Source of the DNA: a candidate division WOR-3 bacterium
GTDB lineage: Bacteria > Hydrothermota > Hydrothermia > JBDRYB01
Assembly: GCA_039803205.1 (NCBI GenBank)
Contig: JBDRYB010000027.1
Span: forward strand, 1 to 24,892
DNA: 24,892 nucleotides
Direction: 5' to 3'
Positions 24,766 to 24,892 of the stretch are shown here, piece after piece. The notes below the pieces were generated by a model. That model ran no database searches. It was given only the letters and a program-made list of their open reading frames with translations, and was not told the DNA's origin. The position numbers were made by a program, and so were the translations under genes. Position 1 is the stretch's first letter, and every line of letters starts with the position of its first letter.

Positions 24766-24892
24766 TGAGATCTCACATACTCTCATCCCCCAGAAACAGG
24801 TTCTGATGCAGGATAGCCTGGCGTATCCTCCTCGCAATCGTCCAAGACACAGGAGTGCCTTGGTGAAGACGCTATACCTCCTCTCGTAGCTC
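24766..24892 (-). mobile_element. End of an IS4-like element (runs off the window); less-deleted copy of 7243-7316
   Basis: Reverse complement equals 7243-7286 plus 7287-7316 with 53 extra bp; encodes SYERRYSVFTKALLCLG; terminus GTGAGATCTCA. Confidence 0.78.

Noticed and set aside
1..24892. CRISPR array, retron/reverse transcriptase, intact defence system or prophage
   Set aside because: No regularly spaced direct repeats and no cas, RT, integrase or phage structural genes were seen by eye.

Overview
Housekeeping-rich window from an anaerobic, probably thermophilic bacterium (AGG/ATA-rich codons, ferredoxin-dependent enzymes, several archaeal-type genes; a T9SS/FlgD-tail-like relic weakly hints at a WOR-3/FCB-type lineage, inference only). 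It contains a probable 6S RNA, speE-pdaD, a dual-FHA/TM/TPR protein, arsR plus a NifB/NifX-like gene, a flippase, ribF, thiD, endonuclease IV, and a Re-citrate synthase-leuC-like-leuD-like-icd cluster that looks like a 2-oxoglutarate pathway using a non-canonical two-subunit aconitase. A long minus-strand run carries capA-like, HU, an unlisted 29-aa bS22-like ribosomal protein, a YfcE-like phosphoesterase, tRNA-Arg(CCG), a ferredoxin-korB fusion, korC, ndk, an ACT protein, korA, panD, a shortened glmU, trxA and gatC. Most large spacers hold short, internally deleted IS relics (IS1634, IS4-like, IS5, integrase-core types). One relic has a second copy showing a 53-bp deletion at a 5-bp microhomology. 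No CRISPR array or intact transposase was seen. All family calls rest on motif recognition by eye, not database searches.
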